Below, piece by piece: positions 38,761 through 49,667 of a DNA stretch of 64,000 nt; within the stretch, counting starts at the first letter, position 1, and each line of letters opens with the position of its first letter. The notes beneath the pieces were generated by a model. That model had not been told where the DNA came from, made no database searches, and saw nothing but the letters and a program-made list of their open reading frames with translations. The stretch is taken from the IMG/VR virus record IMGVR_UViG_3300042914_002848, one strand, 5' to 3'. Origin of the DNA: a virus. Lineage: Duplodnaviria > Heunggongvirae > Uroviricota > Caudoviricetes. A program made the translations under genes and the position numbers.

Positions 38761-40113
38761 TTAATTGGATATTAAGTTATTATAATTATGATTTTTTCCA
38801 TGAAAGCCAAATGTTAATATACCATTATTTTCCGGTATTGGTGTTTCAAAAGAAAATTTTGATGCAACATCAATTGGTGCAAATTTACAACCATTTGCTT
38901 CATAAATGTGCTTGTTATGACAACAAAAAAATCCATCTTCGTTGTAAAACCCAAAGTAAGACTTCCACTCAAGATCCAATTCACTAGCTAATCTAAGTAG
39001 TTTTTTACTTCGCAGTGAAAAACCACCATTTCCAACTCGTTGTAAGTTACCATAACTATCTTTAAATGAAAAATCATCTTCAGGTATTGGCCACGGAGCT
39101 CCTATATAATCATATTCTAAAAACAAACCATCCCATTGTTCTGCATTAACAACAAACCCATCCTCTTGTATAATAAGGGCAAATTCAGTATTAATATATT
39201 TATGTAATTCATATACAATAAATTTACTGTATTCATCGGTATTTAGTATGGGGTTAATTTTAATAACATCTATATTATCTAACACACATTCTTCACTTGT
39301 TAATAATAAAACATTTTTAAATTCAATATTTTTTACAGAATATTGTAACGCTTTTATAGCACGTTGCACATTAACAGATGTAACACATACTAGTGTAACA
39401 TTTTCTAAATACTTTTTGTATTTTTTAGTAATGTAGTGCACTTCTTTTTCTATAATTTTATCATTAACTATTGTATTTGTTGTTCTGTTAGGATGTTCTC
39501 TATTTACAACAGTAACATAGTTACAAATACTTGGTAGTCCAAATTTATCATACAAACGTTTATAATAGTCAACATCAACCAACCATATTAGATTTTCATC
39601 AAACTCCAAAACATTTTTATTTTTAAACATTAAAACACTGGGTGAACTAATAGTATTTTCACCATAATGAATATTATCGTGATATTTAGGATATACTGTG
39701 TTGTAAAAATTTATTCCATCATTGGAATGACAGCAAGCTGTCACCATCCAATGGTTGTAATTTCCTACAAAATGATATATTTGATAGTATAAACTGTTTT
39801 CATCTACCAAAAAATCATCTTGACAAAGTATTTTTATAACATCACCCGAAGCCTTTGATATTACATTGTTTAAATTGGGCGCAAGTGTTCCGTATTTTTT
39901 TTGATAAAAAAAGTGTTTTATATTTAATTTATTAGACCATTCATAACACAAATTTTTTATTTCATCATTTTTACTATGATCTGAAATAATAATTTCAAAG
40001 TTAGTGTAAGTTTGTTTGGCTAATTTTTGAAAAGAAAAATCTAAATATTTTTTTCCGTTTCCACCCATTTCATATGTTGGTATGCATACACTAATTAAAG
40101 GTAAATTATTCAT
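38761..40113 (-). CDS. glycosyltransferase family 2 with additional C-terminal domain
   Basis: ISVCIPTYEMGGNGKKYLDFSFQKLAKQTYTNFEIIISDHS. Confidence 0.6.
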   Translation of the reverse strand: MNNLPLISVCIPTYEMGGNGKKYLDFSFQKLAKQTYTNFEIIISDHSKNDEIKNLCYEWSNKLNIKHFFYQKKYGTLAPNLNNVISKASGDVIKILCQDDFLVDENSLYYQIYHFVGNYNHWMVTACCHSNDGINFYNTVYPKYHDNIHYGENTISSPSVLMFKNKNVLEFDENLIWLVDVDYYKRLYDKFGLPSICNYVTVVNREHPNRTTNTIVNDKIIEKEVHYITKKYKKYLENVTLVCVTSVNVQRAIKALQYSVKNIEFKNVLLLTSEECVLDNIDVIKINPILNTDEYSKFIVYELHKYINTEFALIIQEDGFVVNAEQWDGLFLEYDYIGAPWPIPEDDFSFKDSYGNLQRVGNGGFSLRSKKLLRLASELDLEWKSYFGFYNEDGFFCCHNKHIYEANGCKFAPIDVASKFSFETPIPENNGILTFGFHGKNHNYNNLISN

Positions 40114-40114
40114 T

Positions 40115-40792
40115 TTAAAAAACTTTTTTTAATTTGCTTATATTCATTGTAATGTTATTTGGCGCATTAATTGGTGCGTTGATGGGTTTTGTATCAAATT
40201 CTTTTTTTGTAAGACTATGCCAAGTTTTTATTTCAGTACCTACATTATAAATACCAAAACAATTTTTATAAATTAACTTTATAATTAACTCTGATATTTT
40301 ATTTACATAATCACCATTTGTAAATTGATTATCCCATGCGTTTTTATATGGAAATGGGTATGGTTTATGAGATGTTCTAACTATTAAATAGTTTTTACAT
40401 TTTAATTGTATGTGGGCATCACCAAGTAATTTTGTGTAACCATACCAGGTTTCTAAATGAACAGGAACATCTTCCTCTGATGCTTCTGTTTTAGAATTTG
40501 CATAAATATAATCAGTAGATATATGAGCAAGTTTTTTTCCTGTCTCGTTACAAAAATTTACTAATGTATCAACAAACTCATAATTTACTTTCCAATGCAA
40601 TTCTTTATTATTTGAATATGTGTCTGTATTTGCTATGCAATTAATGATAACGTCATATTCAGAAAGTTTAAACATCCATTGGTTAAAGTCAAAAATATCT
40701 ATTCCATCTTTTTTTCTTGAAATATAATCCCAATTAGTTTGTTTAACCAATTCAGAACCTAATAAACCATCACCAAGAATTACTATTTTCAT
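40115..40792 (-). CDS. NAD(P)-dependent sugar-nucleotide 4-reductase (RmlD/Rmd-like)
   Basis: Rossmann N-terminus MKIVILGDGLLGSELV and the YxxxK region. Confidence 0.5.
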   Translation of the reverse strand: MKIVILGDGLLGSELVKQTNWDYISRKKDGIDIFDFNQWMFKLSEYDVIINCIANTDTYSNNKELHWKVNYEFVDTLVNFCNETGKKLAHISTDYIYANSKTEASEEDVPVHLETWYGYTKLLGDAHIQLKCKNYLIVRTSHKPYPFPYKNAWDNQFTNGDYVNKISELIIKLIYKNCFGIYNVGTEIKTWHSLTKKEFDTKPINAPINAPNNITMNISKLKKVF

Positions 40793-42075
40793 TTAAAATT
40801 TTTTACAACGGATTCAATATATTCAAAAACTACATCAGTATAGTGTGGTGCGGCCCCAATAAAAAATACTTTATCTAAAACTTTATTAGCTTCAGGATAG
40901 TTTGATGAATTGTCTAAAAATGAATATCCCGGATGTAACAAAATATTACCTGCAAAATAATTTCTCGTCTGAATTTTATTTTTTTCCAAATGTTCAACTA
41001 ATTTATGCTTTAACCCTTCTTCTTCACAAACAAATGGAGTACCAAACCAACTTACATCCGCTTTATCCAAAGATTTAATACCCCTAATTCCTTTTATATT
41101 TGAGGTAAAAATATTCTCAATTGTTTCTTTTGATTTTTTTCTATTAGTTTCAATCTCATCAAATTTATCCAATTGAACAGAACCTATAGCCCCCTGTAAA
41201 TCCAATGGTTTTAAATTATAGCCCATATTTGAAAAAACATATTTATGGTCTATTATACCATCATATGAATCTAACCAATTATTAAATCTTTTACCACAAG
41301 TACCACAACTTAACAAATTAGCTGAACCCACGCAGTAGCAATCTCTACCCCACCATGCTATACTTGTTAATAATTTTTTTAATTCTTCTTCATTAGTCCC
41401 AATCAACCCACCTTCTCCAGTAGAAATATGGTGTGCTGGGTAGAATGAATTTGAGTATGCTATATAATACTCATTTAAATATTTGCCACCCCATTTTGAA
41501 CCCAAACTATCACAGTTATCTCCAATTAGTTTTAAATTGTATTTTTCACAAATTTCAATAAGTTTATCAAAATCTGGCGGATTGCCTAAAACGGGGGAAA
41601 CAAATATTGCTTTAGTTTTATTTGTTATTTTTGATTCTATTTGATTTAAATCAAAATTCAAAGTATCCCATTCAATATCTACAAATACAGGCTTAAGTCT
41701 ATTTTGATATAAAACAGATATTGTTGTGGCAAAACCAACAGGTGAAACAATAACTTCATCATCATCTTCCCAACCAAAATATTTTTTTAAAGCGGTTATC
41801 ATTACTAAATTTGCAGAGCTACCTGAGTTTACCATTTGGTTGAATTTTGAATTAAATTTTTTACCAAATTTTCTTTCAAATTTCCAAACTTCTTCTCCAG
41901 CAGTAATCCATTTACCATTTAAAAATGTATTAACAGCAGCTTCTATTTCTTTATTATCCCAATATGGGCCTGAGTAGTAAATGGGTGTAGTTCCCGCTTT
42001 GAATTCTTTAGAATTGTATATGTAGGGGGCTACATGATTTCCAATTAAAGATTTAATTTCATTTTGTAAAATCAT
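40789..42075 (-). CDS. DegT/DnrJ/EryC1/StrS-family PLP-dependent sugar aminotransferase/dehydratase
   Basis: Family-typical size and NSGSSANLVMITAL block. A Cys cluster (CYCVGSANLLSCGTCGKRF) hints at an E1-type 3-dehydrase. Confidence 0.6.
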   Translation of the reverse strand: MILQNEIKSLIGNHVAPYIYNSKEFKAGTTPIYYSGPYWDNKEIEAAVNTFLNGKWITAGEEVWKFERKFGKKFNSKFNQMVNSGSSANLVMITALKKYFGWEDDDEVIVSPVGFATTISVLYQNRLKPVFVDIEWDTLNFDLNQIESKITNKTKAIFVSPVLGNPPDFDKLIEICEKYNLKLIGDNCDSLGSKWGGKYLNEYYIAYSNSFYPAHHISTGEGGLIGTNEEELKKLLTSIAWWGRDCYCVGSANLLSCGTCGKRFNNWLDSYDGIIDHKYVFSNMGYNLKPLDLQGAIGSVQLDKFDEIETNRKKSKETIENIFTSNIKGIRGIKSLDKADVSWFGTPFVCEEEGLKHKLVEHLEKNKIQTRNYFAGNILLHPGYSFLDNSSNYPEANKVLDKVFFIGAAPHYTDVVFEYIESVVKNFK

Positions 42076-42131
42076 ATTTTAATTTTTGTATTTTATTTTT
42101 TAAATTTATATAAAAACTATTTTATATAGAG

Positions 42132-43019
42132 TTATACAAAGTATTTAAAATTTGTTTGATCATATTTAGTATAAAGACCATAGCATGGCACAACACCCCA
42201 TAAAGGAATATATACTTCATTTGAAATACCAAAAAATAAAGAACTTAATGCATAATTACTTTTTGATAAAATTAATGTTTCGCAATTACACAATAAAAAC
42301 AAATCATAAGACTCATCAGTATTTGAAATACATTTGTAAGGAATATCCTCTAAATTTTCTTTTGGGTTTGTAATAACAATCACTTCATAATCAGTCTTAT
42401 CTTTTTTTAAAGAATCTACAATAGATTGTATTCTATTAAATGGTATCGGTGCTTGTCCGCTACAATTTGGATTTATTCTTAAAACATCATCATGTGTAAT
42501 ATGATTTGCTATATTACCATTTTCAATATGATTTTTAAAGTGAGTTGCACACACTCGCCCATCATAATCCGGTCTATTTCTAACATCCTCAAGCCGCAAA
42601 TGTATTAGAATAGTTTTTTTAGGATTAAATGGTATTGTATAACCGTTTGCAGCGCCTCTATCCATAAATGAATTTTTTATATCGGATGTATAGAGCTGTT
42701 TAAATGCTGAAAACATATCAATCTTCACATTAAGTAATGTTCTTGAAAAGGTTTCAAAGTGAGTTGGTGCAGCTAAATCAACAAATTGTGTAAAATCTTC
42801 ATTTTGAATTGTAGAATTATGCTTATCTATAATATCAAATAAAGTTTGTACAAAAATAGTACGATTGTAATTTTGATTATAATAATTATATGCCCGTATA
42901 ATGTCCCTACTATGATACCTGATATACATTTTGTTGTTTACGGCATATAGTATTTGTGCTACCATATCCGCTATATTACCACCAAGCCTATCACTTGAAC
43001 CAAATAAATCTATATACAT
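42132..43019 (-). CDS. hypothetical protein (possible glycosyltransferase)
   Basis: 295-aa ORF. Confidence 0.45.
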   Translation of the reverse strand: MYIDLFGSSDRLGGNIADMVAQILYAVNNKMYIRYHSRDIIRAYNYYNQNYNRTIFVQTLFDIIDKHNSTIQNEDFTQFVDLAAPTHFETFSRTLLNVKIDMFSAFKQLYTSDIKNSFMDRGAANGYTIPFNPKKTILIHLRLEDVRNRPDYDGRVCATHFKNHIENGNIANHITHDDVLRINPNCSGQAPIPFNRIQSIVDSLKKDKTDYEVIVITNPKENLEDIPYKCISNTDESYDLFLLCNCETLILSKSNYALSSLFFGISNEVYIPLWGVVPCYGLYTKYDQTNFKYFV

Positions 43020-43020
43020 A

Positions 43021-44001
43021 TTATTTTGATAATTTATTTCTCCAATAATTTAATAAATCTTCCATAGTTTGTTGAATTGTTATTTTAGGCTCCCAACCTG
43101 TCAAATTAACCAATTCAGTAGAGTCTCCGATTTGAACCTGTATATCAATTGGTCTGTAATATGGTTCATATATTTTTTGTTCTACTTCACCATATTCAAA
43201 CATAGATGAATTAATTAACAAATCGGTGTAGTATTGCATTTTATGAACTTCGCTACCACACACATTATAAACATTACCATTACTTTTTGGATTTAGCATC
43301 AATAAGTAATAAGCATTTACACAATCTCTAACATCAATAACTACTCGCTCAGTTTGTAGGTTTCCAATCTTTAATATTTTTTCTTGTAACCCAAGTTCCA
43401 TACAAGCTATTTGATATGCATCGGAACTTATACTAAATATCTTACCCCTACGCGGTCCTGTATGACTGAATGCTCTAGTTACAAACCCATCTAAAAACCC
43501 ATTACTAGTTCTCTCCTGAATGTATAAATCCATAGCTGCTTTTGATGCTCCATATGGATTGCTTGGTTTAATAGGCGTATCAACCGTCAATTTACCAACA
43601 TCTTTACAAGTATCACCATAAACTTCACTTGTTGAACAAAACATTAATCTGGTTTTAGATCCTTCCAATGCTGTTATTAAATTCATAGTTGCCGTAACAT
43701 TTTCTTCATAAGTTAAAATTGGGTCTTTAAAACTTGTAGGTGGGTGTGATTGAGCTGCAAGATGGAATACTCCATCAAACTTTTCATTTTTTAAAAGCTT
43801 ATCAATACTATAATAGTGCTTTAAATCTAAATAATGAAATTTAATTTTATTAAGTTCATCTAAACTCATAATATCAATTAAATCCAATTCCCTACCATTT
43901 GCCGTTCTAACTATACCATGAACTTCGTGTCCATTTTCTAATAACAGTTTTGCCAAATTAGGACCTGCAAATCCTGTAATTCCTGTGATGAGATATTTCA
44001 T
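43021..44001 (-). CDS. gmd: GDP-mannose 4,6-dehydratase-like SDR
   Basis: N-terminus MKYLITGITGFAGPNLAKLLLENGHEVHGIVR, then extended-SDR features. Confidence 0.65.
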   Translation of the reverse strand: MKYLITGITGFAGPNLAKLLLENGHEVHGIVRTANGRELDLIDIMSLDELNKIKFHYLDLKHYYSIDKLLKNEKFDGVFHLAAQSHPPTSFKDPILTYEENVTATMNLITALEGSKTRLMFCSTSEVYGDTCKDVGKLTVDTPIKPSNPYGASKAAMDLYIQERTSNGFLDGFVTRAFSHTGPRRGKIFSISSDAYQIACMELGLQEKILKIGNLQTERVVIDVRDCVNAYYLLMLNPKSNGNVYNVCGSEVHKMQYYTDLLINSSMFEYGEVEQKIYEPYYRPIDIQVQIGDSTELVNLTGWEPKITIQQTMEDLLNYWRNKLSK

Positions 44002-44024
44002 TTTTATTTATTTTTATTTATTAT

Positions 44025-44780
44025 TTAACAATATATGTAATTAACACAATCATACCAAAAGAATGATTTGTTAGTTGTTCCCCAGCCTGTTATACCACTA
44101 TCAGCTTTTAAACAATCAATTTGTAATTCTGGTTTATATGATTGTTTAATAGCCGTTGATAAATGGGCTCCACCTGACCAAAGACATATAAATCGTTTAC
44201 ATGAATAAATTAAATCAGTATAGTTAAAAATACCATTTGTTTTTATTGGTATAAACCCAAAAGTATTTAACAAATCAATATCAATAACCGATTTTCCATA
44301 ACTATTTTCACTTAAAGAATATATAACTTTTTCATTTTTAAATGATTCAATATGATTCAAAATCACATTAGTATTGTGAGAATAGTTTGCAACGGATGCG
44401 GCATTTAAATCTAAAAATATATAATCATTATATTCTTTTAAATTATTTGGTTTATAATAAATTTTAGGATAATCACTATCGCCATTCATACCATATAGAT
44501 TTTCTATATTCTTATGTATGGATAGTGATGTATTAAATTCTACTACATTATTTAATGCTAACCCCCAATTTTCTATATGCCCACAATTTGCTTCATCTGA
44601 CGAAAACCCTTTGATATATGGATTAGATTTCCATATTAAATCATAATGTTTCATATCTCTAAATACGGACTTATCGCTGATATAACAATCAAATCCGTTT
44701 TTATGAAACACTTCTGGTAAAGTTGAAAACGCTAAGTGGTCTCCTAACCCTCCCCAATTTATGTATAATATTTTTTTCAT
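44025..44780 (-). CDS. glycosyltransferase family 9-like (tentative)
   Basis: N-terminal ILYINWGGLGDHLAFSTLP resembles the heptosyltransferase SLGD motif. Confidence 0.4.
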   Translation of the reverse strand: MKKILYINWGGLGDHLAFSTLPEVFHKNGFDCYISDKSVFRDMKHYDLIWKSNPYIKGFSSDEANCGHIENWGLALNNVVEFNTSLSIHKNIENLYGMNGDSDYPKIYYKPNNLKEYNDYIFLDLNAASVANYSHNTNVILNHIESFKNEKVIYSLSENSYGKSVIDIDLLNTFGFIPIKTNGIFNYTDLIYSCKRFICLWSGGAHLSTAIKQSYKPELQIDCLKADSGITGWGTTNKSFFWYDCVNYIYC

Positions 44781-44789
44781 TGTTATTTT

Positions 44790-45458
44790 TTATCTTAAAT
44801 TCCAAGAAGCTTGTGGGTCGGAAATATTTGAAAATATAGTTCCATTAAAATTATTAATTACAGTTTGATGCAATCCCAAAGCGTCTTGAGAATTGTTATA
44901 ACTATGGTATTCTATACCTATATATTTAAAATCATTTAAGCTATGTAATATAGTTGGTAAAATATCATACTCACCGCCTTCACAATCTATTTTAAAATAT
45001 GTACAACCATTGATTAAATATTTATCAATTGTTTCAGTTTTACAATGTGAAACTTTACCTCCAATCTGATATATGGATGAACCTCCACTATTTGTTTCCG
45101 GTGTAGATATGTATATATCACCATCTTCCACATTTGTAATAGCCGTTTGATGTAATTCAAAATCGTTTTCTGAAAATCCATTAAGTATTATATTTTTTTT
45201 AAAGTTTTCAAAATTTTCCAATACGGGTTCAAAAGCTATAACTTTACATCCAAACCTTTTTTTAATATAGATTGAAAACATACCAACATTTGCACCAATA
45301 TCAATAACGGTATCATTTTCATTCAAAGATATTGCTTCTAAACCATAAAAGTTATTCAAAAATTCATTCCAAACATAAGGTACAGTATCTGACCTTTTTT
45401 TGTCTTGAAATGTAAATAACTGATCATCTTTTGTAAATGTAAAAATTTCTGTGTTCAT
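44790..45458 (-). CDS. FkbM-family methyltransferase
   Basis: VIDIGANVGMFSIYI. Confidence 0.55.
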   Translation of the reverse strand: MNTEIFTFTKDDQLFTFQDKKRSDTVPYVWNEFLNNFYGLEAISLNENDTVIDIGANVGMFSIYIKKRFGCKVIAFEPVLENFENFKKNIILNGFSENDFELHQTAITNVEDGDIYISTPETNSGGSSIYQIGGKVSHCKTETIDKYLINGCTYFKIDCEGGEYDILPTILHSLNDFKYIGIEYHSYNNSQDALGLHQTVINNFNGTIFSNISDPQASWNLR

Positions 45459-45523
45459 TTTGTTTTAAATTTTATTTTATCAAGCAATGTACTAAACCAC
45501 TTGAATTCATATATAATATTTTT

Positions 45524-46297
45524 TCATTTTAATTGATATAAAAAATTAAATGCGCTAATATCTTCTATTTCATTAAAGTTATTTTCATTAAAAGTACTAA
45601 TTGGTTTTTTTCCGTGACACGCATTACCCCTTTCAACTTTAGAAACAAATTCAGAATATGTTCTTATATAGTAATGGTTAAGTTGAGCGATGTTGTCATT
45701 AGCCAAGTAATTATGTGAGGCGGTGCCTCTGTTAAAATTCGGGTCCACCCACATTTCAGTATCCCAATGATTATTGTGTTTCATTTCAGGTCTTAATTTA
45801 CAAATACTTTTAAATTGGTGGTGTAAATCTTTTTTTCTTTTTGTGAACCTTTTAACTGAACTAGTTTCAGAATAATCAAAATCTTTTATATTGTTATCTC
45901 CAAACATCGCCCAATTTATTACTAAACAATTAAAATCTTTATAATCGTCTATAAATAATTTTATGTCTTTTGTTTTTTTCAATACTAAAAATTCGTCTAC
46001 ATCAAAAAAAGCAGCCCATTCATATTCTGTGTGATATTTTTTTGCAAAATCTACATAACATTTTGTTTGTATATTTTTAACCCATTCAGGCTCATTTGAT
46101 TCCACATAGTTTGAGAACGATTTACCATCATAAATGTGAAAATGCACCCTTTCGTTTGGTATTGGATTTTTAAATCTCCAATCGTTTTGGAAAATATGAA
46201 TATCATCAAATCCAAGAAGTAAATGGTAATCAATCCATTCTTGTAAATAGTAATCTTCTTCTTTAGCTATACAAACTAACGATATCTTTTTTTTCAT
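45524..46297 (-). CDS. glycosyltransferase (GT92/GT2-like)
   Basis: ISLVCIAKEEDYYLQEWIDYHLLLGFDDIHIF. Confidence 0.45.
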   Translation of the reverse strand: MKKKISLVCIAKEEDYYLQEWIDYHLLLGFDDIHIFQNDWRFKNPIPNERVHFHIYDGKSFSNYVESNEPEWVKNIQTKCYVDFAKKYHTEYEWAAFFDVDEFLVLKKTKDIKLFIDDYKDFNCLVINWAMFGDNNIKDFDYSETSSVKRFTKRKKDLHHQFKSICKLRPEMKHNNHWDTEMWVDPNFNRGTASHNYLANDNIAQLNHYYIRTYSEFVSKVERGNACHGKKPISTFNENNFNEIEDISAFNFLYQLK

Positions 46298-46303
46298 ATA
46301 ATA

Positions 46304-47089
46304 TTAGTTATAATTAGGTGTGTATAGTGAATTAATTTTAAAATCATTATTATACAATGCGTACATAGCTCTTTCTAATAAATATGCTTCTCCAGGCTGT
46401 TTACTCCAAGAACAATACATTTTCATAGTATTATAAAAATTTAAATTATATCGTAAAATATCCTGTTTATTAAAAATGTAATTACAACCAGGAGCAAATC
46501 GTGTGTAATCATAAAGTATTGGATTTTCAAATATTGAAAACATTAAATCTTGATAGGTTGATACATATTTGTATCCAAATTGACCGTTAACCTGACCATT
46601 AACGATGGATATATGTTCGTAGTATTCATCGGTATCTTCTGTTACAAATCCAGAGCAACCATTGGTGAATTGAGGTGCTTCTCGTATATAATTTTCAATT
46701 GGTGTAAATGTTTGATTATTTATAATTTTAATAAATTTTAAAAAACCACAATGTCTAGGAACTACATTTCCTTTACAAAAAATAATTACTTCTGGCAAAT
46801 TATAATAATTATTTGTAATATAATCAAATATATCATATACATTTGCACCAACATTTTTTTGGTGTATTATTTTATCAGATGGTTCAAATCTATGAGCCTT
46901 ATCATAAATTAAGTAATTATCTGTAAAATCAAAAAACCAAGATTCTTCCAATGCTTCTGGTAACATATTATAATCTGTTATAACTAGCAATGCATCATTA
47001 GTAATAATTTTTGGAAATTTATATACTGGGTGTTTTTTTTGAATTATCATAATGTAATTTTTAAGATTAAATTTTAAATTACTAACCAA
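46304..47089 (-). CDS. hypothetical protein (glycan island)
   Basis: 261-aa ORF. Confidence 0.45.
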   Translation of the reverse strand: MVSNLKFNLKNYIMIIQKKHPVYKFPKIITNDALLVITDYNMLPEALEESWFFDFTDNYLIYDKAHRFEPSDKIIHQKNVGANVYDIFDYITNNYYNLPEVIIFCKGNVVPRHCGFLKFIKIINNQTFTPIENYIREAPQFTNGCSGFVTEDTDEYYEHISIVNGQVNGQFGYKYVSTYQDLMFSIFENPILYDYTRFAPGCNYIFNKQDILRYNLNFYNTMKMYCSWSKQPGEAYLLERAMYALYNNDFKINSLYTPNYN

Positions 47090-47811
47090 TTTTGTGGATA
47101 TAGATAGGATAGATTTCTATCTTCAGAAAACCATTTAGTGGGGGCAATCACTTTTTTATTTATATTTTTATTTAAAAATGCGCCCCACCAACTAAAAGTA
47201 CTATTACATATCACATTATGATGGCACAATGACATTAAACACATATCTTCAAATTGATTTCCTTGAATAAAAACAACTCCATCAGGAAATACTTGCTTAC
47301 ACCAATCAATATCATCGGAAAATATCAAAAAAGTATAGTCGTTATCATTAAAGTAATTTAAAGCTTCTTGAATATATTCGGGTGTAATCACCCAATAGTC
47401 GGAATGATTAATATAGTCTTGTCTACGAACGTGAATAGATACTGGATTTTTATACAAATTAATTATTTGATTACATTTAGTAAGTATGTGGGGTTTAAAT
47501 TTGAATTCTTTTATTATTTCTTCTTCATGTCCGCTGATGTATTCATAGGTTTGAAAATACCCATCTATAACAACATTATCCCCCTCTATGTTTCCTATTG
47601 TACAATTTAAATCAAATCCCTCTAATAAATCCAATTTATAGGGAATCCAAATATTATTGGTAAAGTCAAAACAACCATTTTTTTTTATATTTGTATTATC
47701 CGGCAATATAATAGGTTGTTTCATAGCAATTGAAATGACTTTTAAGGCAGCATACTGAAACATTTGGTTTCCCAATCTTCCACTATAACCAATACTTTTA
47801 TGTGTTATCAT
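47074..47811 (-). CDS. glycosyltransferase family 11 (alpha-1,2-fucosyltransferase)
   Basis: GT11 motif GYSGRLGNQMFQYAALKVIS. Confidence 0.65.
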   Translation of the reverse strand: MITHKSIGYSGRLGNQMFQYAALKVISIAMKQPIILPDNTNIKKNGCFDFTNNIWIPYKLDLLEGFDLNCTIGNIEGDNVVIDGYFQTYEYISGHEEEIIKEFKFKPHILTKCNQIINLYKNPVSIHVRRQDYINHSDYWVITPEYIQEALNYFNDNDYTFLIFSDDIDWCKQVFPDGVVFIQGNQFEDMCLMSLCHHNVICNSTFSWWGAFLNKNINKKVIAPTKWFSEDRNLSYLYPQNWLVI

Positions 47812-48016
47812 AACATTCTAAAAAATATGTTTGATCTATTTCAACTGAAAGAATTTTATTAAAGCCCAAGTCTAGGGCTTTTAGTATGCCATCTCCATGA
47901 TGAGTGCATGTTTCAAAAAATATATTATGATTAAATTTATATTTTTTGGATAATTCAAAAAAAGTTAATCCTTTAATTCCTTCAACTGTGACTTGAGAAT
48001 GTGTTTTATATATCAT
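47798..48016 (-). CDS. hypothetical protein
   Basis: 72-aa ORF. Confidence 0.35.
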   Translation of the reverse strand: MIYKTHSQVTVEGIKGLTFFELSKKYKFNHNIFFETCTHHGDGILKALDLGFNKILSVEIDQTYFLECYDNT

Positions 48017-49047
48017 ATAATTTGCTTATTAATCCAATAATATGTGTCTAAAATTCCATCATAAAGTGATTTAGTTGGCTCCCACTTCATTTTTTCTTTA
48101 TATAATGTATTATCTGAATTTCTGCCTCTAACACCAACCGGACATTTGAATCCATATTTTTCTTTAAATTCACTACCACCTATATTTTTGATAGTAATGT
48201 TTTTACCTGAAGCATCAATAGCAAATTGTGCAAGTTGATTAATAGTAACCATTTCTTCTGAACCAATATTAACCGGGCCTAAAAACCCATCTTGCCTCAT
48301 AAACCTCAATACTGCTTCTACACATTCATCAATATAAAGAAATGAACGAGTTTGTTGTCCATCACCCCAAACCTCTATCTCACCACCATCAGGAGTTTCT
48401 GCTGCTTTTCTACACATAGCGGCTGGTGCTTTTTCTTTACCACCTTTCCAAGTTCCCATAGGACCAAATATGTTATGAAATCTAGCTACTCTAACATCTA
48501 AACCATAATTGCGATTAAATGCTAAAAATAAGCGCTCACTAAATAATTTTTCCCACCCATATTCAGAATCGGGATTTGCAGGATAAGCGGAGGATTCTTC
48601 GCAATTTGGGTTATTTGGGTCTAATTGATTATGTTCAGGATACATACAAGCTGATGAACTATAAAAGATTCGTTTTATGGAATGTCTAATTGCTTCAGGA
48701 GTCACATTTAAATTAATTAAGGCTGAGTTGTGCATTACATTTGCATCGTTCTCACCTGTAAAAATATACCCCGCCCCACCCATATCGGCTGCTAATTGAT
48801 ATACTTCATCAAATGACAGTTCTTTATCGGCTAATGAGCGTTGATTTGGAGAAAACATTACTCTACTTACTAACTTTGGGTCTCGTAAATCTCCGCAGAT
48901 ATATTCATCACAAATATCTTCATTGTTCCAATATTCGTGTTTGGGTTTAATGTCTACTATACGAACCCAAAATCCTTCATTTTTAAGTCGCTTTGCCAAA
49001 TGGCCTCCAATAAAGCCTCCCCCACCTAATACTAATGCTGTTTTCAT
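48013..49047 (-). CDS. NAD-dependent epimerase/dehydratase (GDP-mannose 3,5-epimerase-like)
   Basis: LVLGGGGFIGGHL Rossmann motif and a SEYGWEKL YxxxK block. Confidence 0.6.
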   Translation of the reverse strand: MKTALVLGGGGFIGGHLAKRLKNEGFWVRIVDIKPKHEYWNNEDICDEYICGDLRDPKLVSRVMFSPNQRSLADKELSFDEVYQLAADMGGAGYIFTGENDANVMHNSALINLNVTPEAIRHSIKRIFYSSSACMYPEHNQLDPNNPNCEESSAYPANPDSEYGWEKLFSERLFLAFNRNYGLDVRVARFHNIFGPMGTWKGGKEKAPAAMCRKAAETPDGGEIEVWGDGQQTRSFLYIDECVEAVLRFMRQDGFLGPVNIGSEEMVTINQLAQFAIDASGKNITIKNIGGSEFKEKYGFKCPVGVRGRNSDNTLYKEKMKWEPTKSLYDGILDTYYWINKQII

Positions 49048-49667
49048 AATGTTTCGTAATAGTTGTTTTGTTTTTCTTGCCTTTCAATTGTTTTGGGATG
49101 ATACAACGACCACTCTTCTTCCATAGGAAGGTAAGCGAATTGTTTATGTCCATCAAGTCTCTCATGTACTTTATTTATCCATTTTATTTCAGGAGTGTTT
49201 CTATAAATACGAGTTTGAAAATCAGGCCAATTCACCCATCCATTTTCATTTACATTCCACCCCCACTTTTGAATGTGTTGAGGTGTTAAACCTTCCACCG
49301 TGTTTACTCTTGGAACAGCGTATAAATCAACTGAAGAATTGTTTTCTAAAACCAAAGGTAATTGAGATATCAGATTTTCGTGTGGTAATTCATCCGCATC
49401 AATCTGAAAGATGTAATCACCACTACAAAGAGAATTTAGATAATTTTTATGGTCTGCAAAATGATTATCAAAATCCCTACTATACCACTTATACCAGTCC
49501 AATAAGGAGTAGGCTTTGAGTATATCCAAAACTTTAGATGTTCCATTTTTAGAATCAAAAAGAACAACAATCTCATCTTCTTCCCTCTTTTTTTCTAAAA
49601 GGAATCCAAGCAATCTTTGGATTTCTACTTCTTCATTTTTGACTGTTAATCCGTAACTTAGTTTCAT
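49044..49667 (-). CDS. glycosyltransferase family 2
   Basis: YGLTVKNEEVEIQRLLGFLLEKKREEDEIVVLFDS. Confidence 0.5.
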   Translation of the reverse strand: MKLSYGLTVKNEEVEIQRLLGFLLEKKREEDEIVVLFDSKNGTSKVLDILKAYSLLDWYKWYSRDFDNHFADHKNYLNSLCSGDYIFQIDADELPHENLISQLPLVLENNSSVDLYAVPRVNTVEGLTPQHIQKWGWNVNENGWVNWPDFQTRIYRNTPEIKWINKVHERLDGHKQFAYLPMEEEWSLYHPKTIERQEKQNNYYETL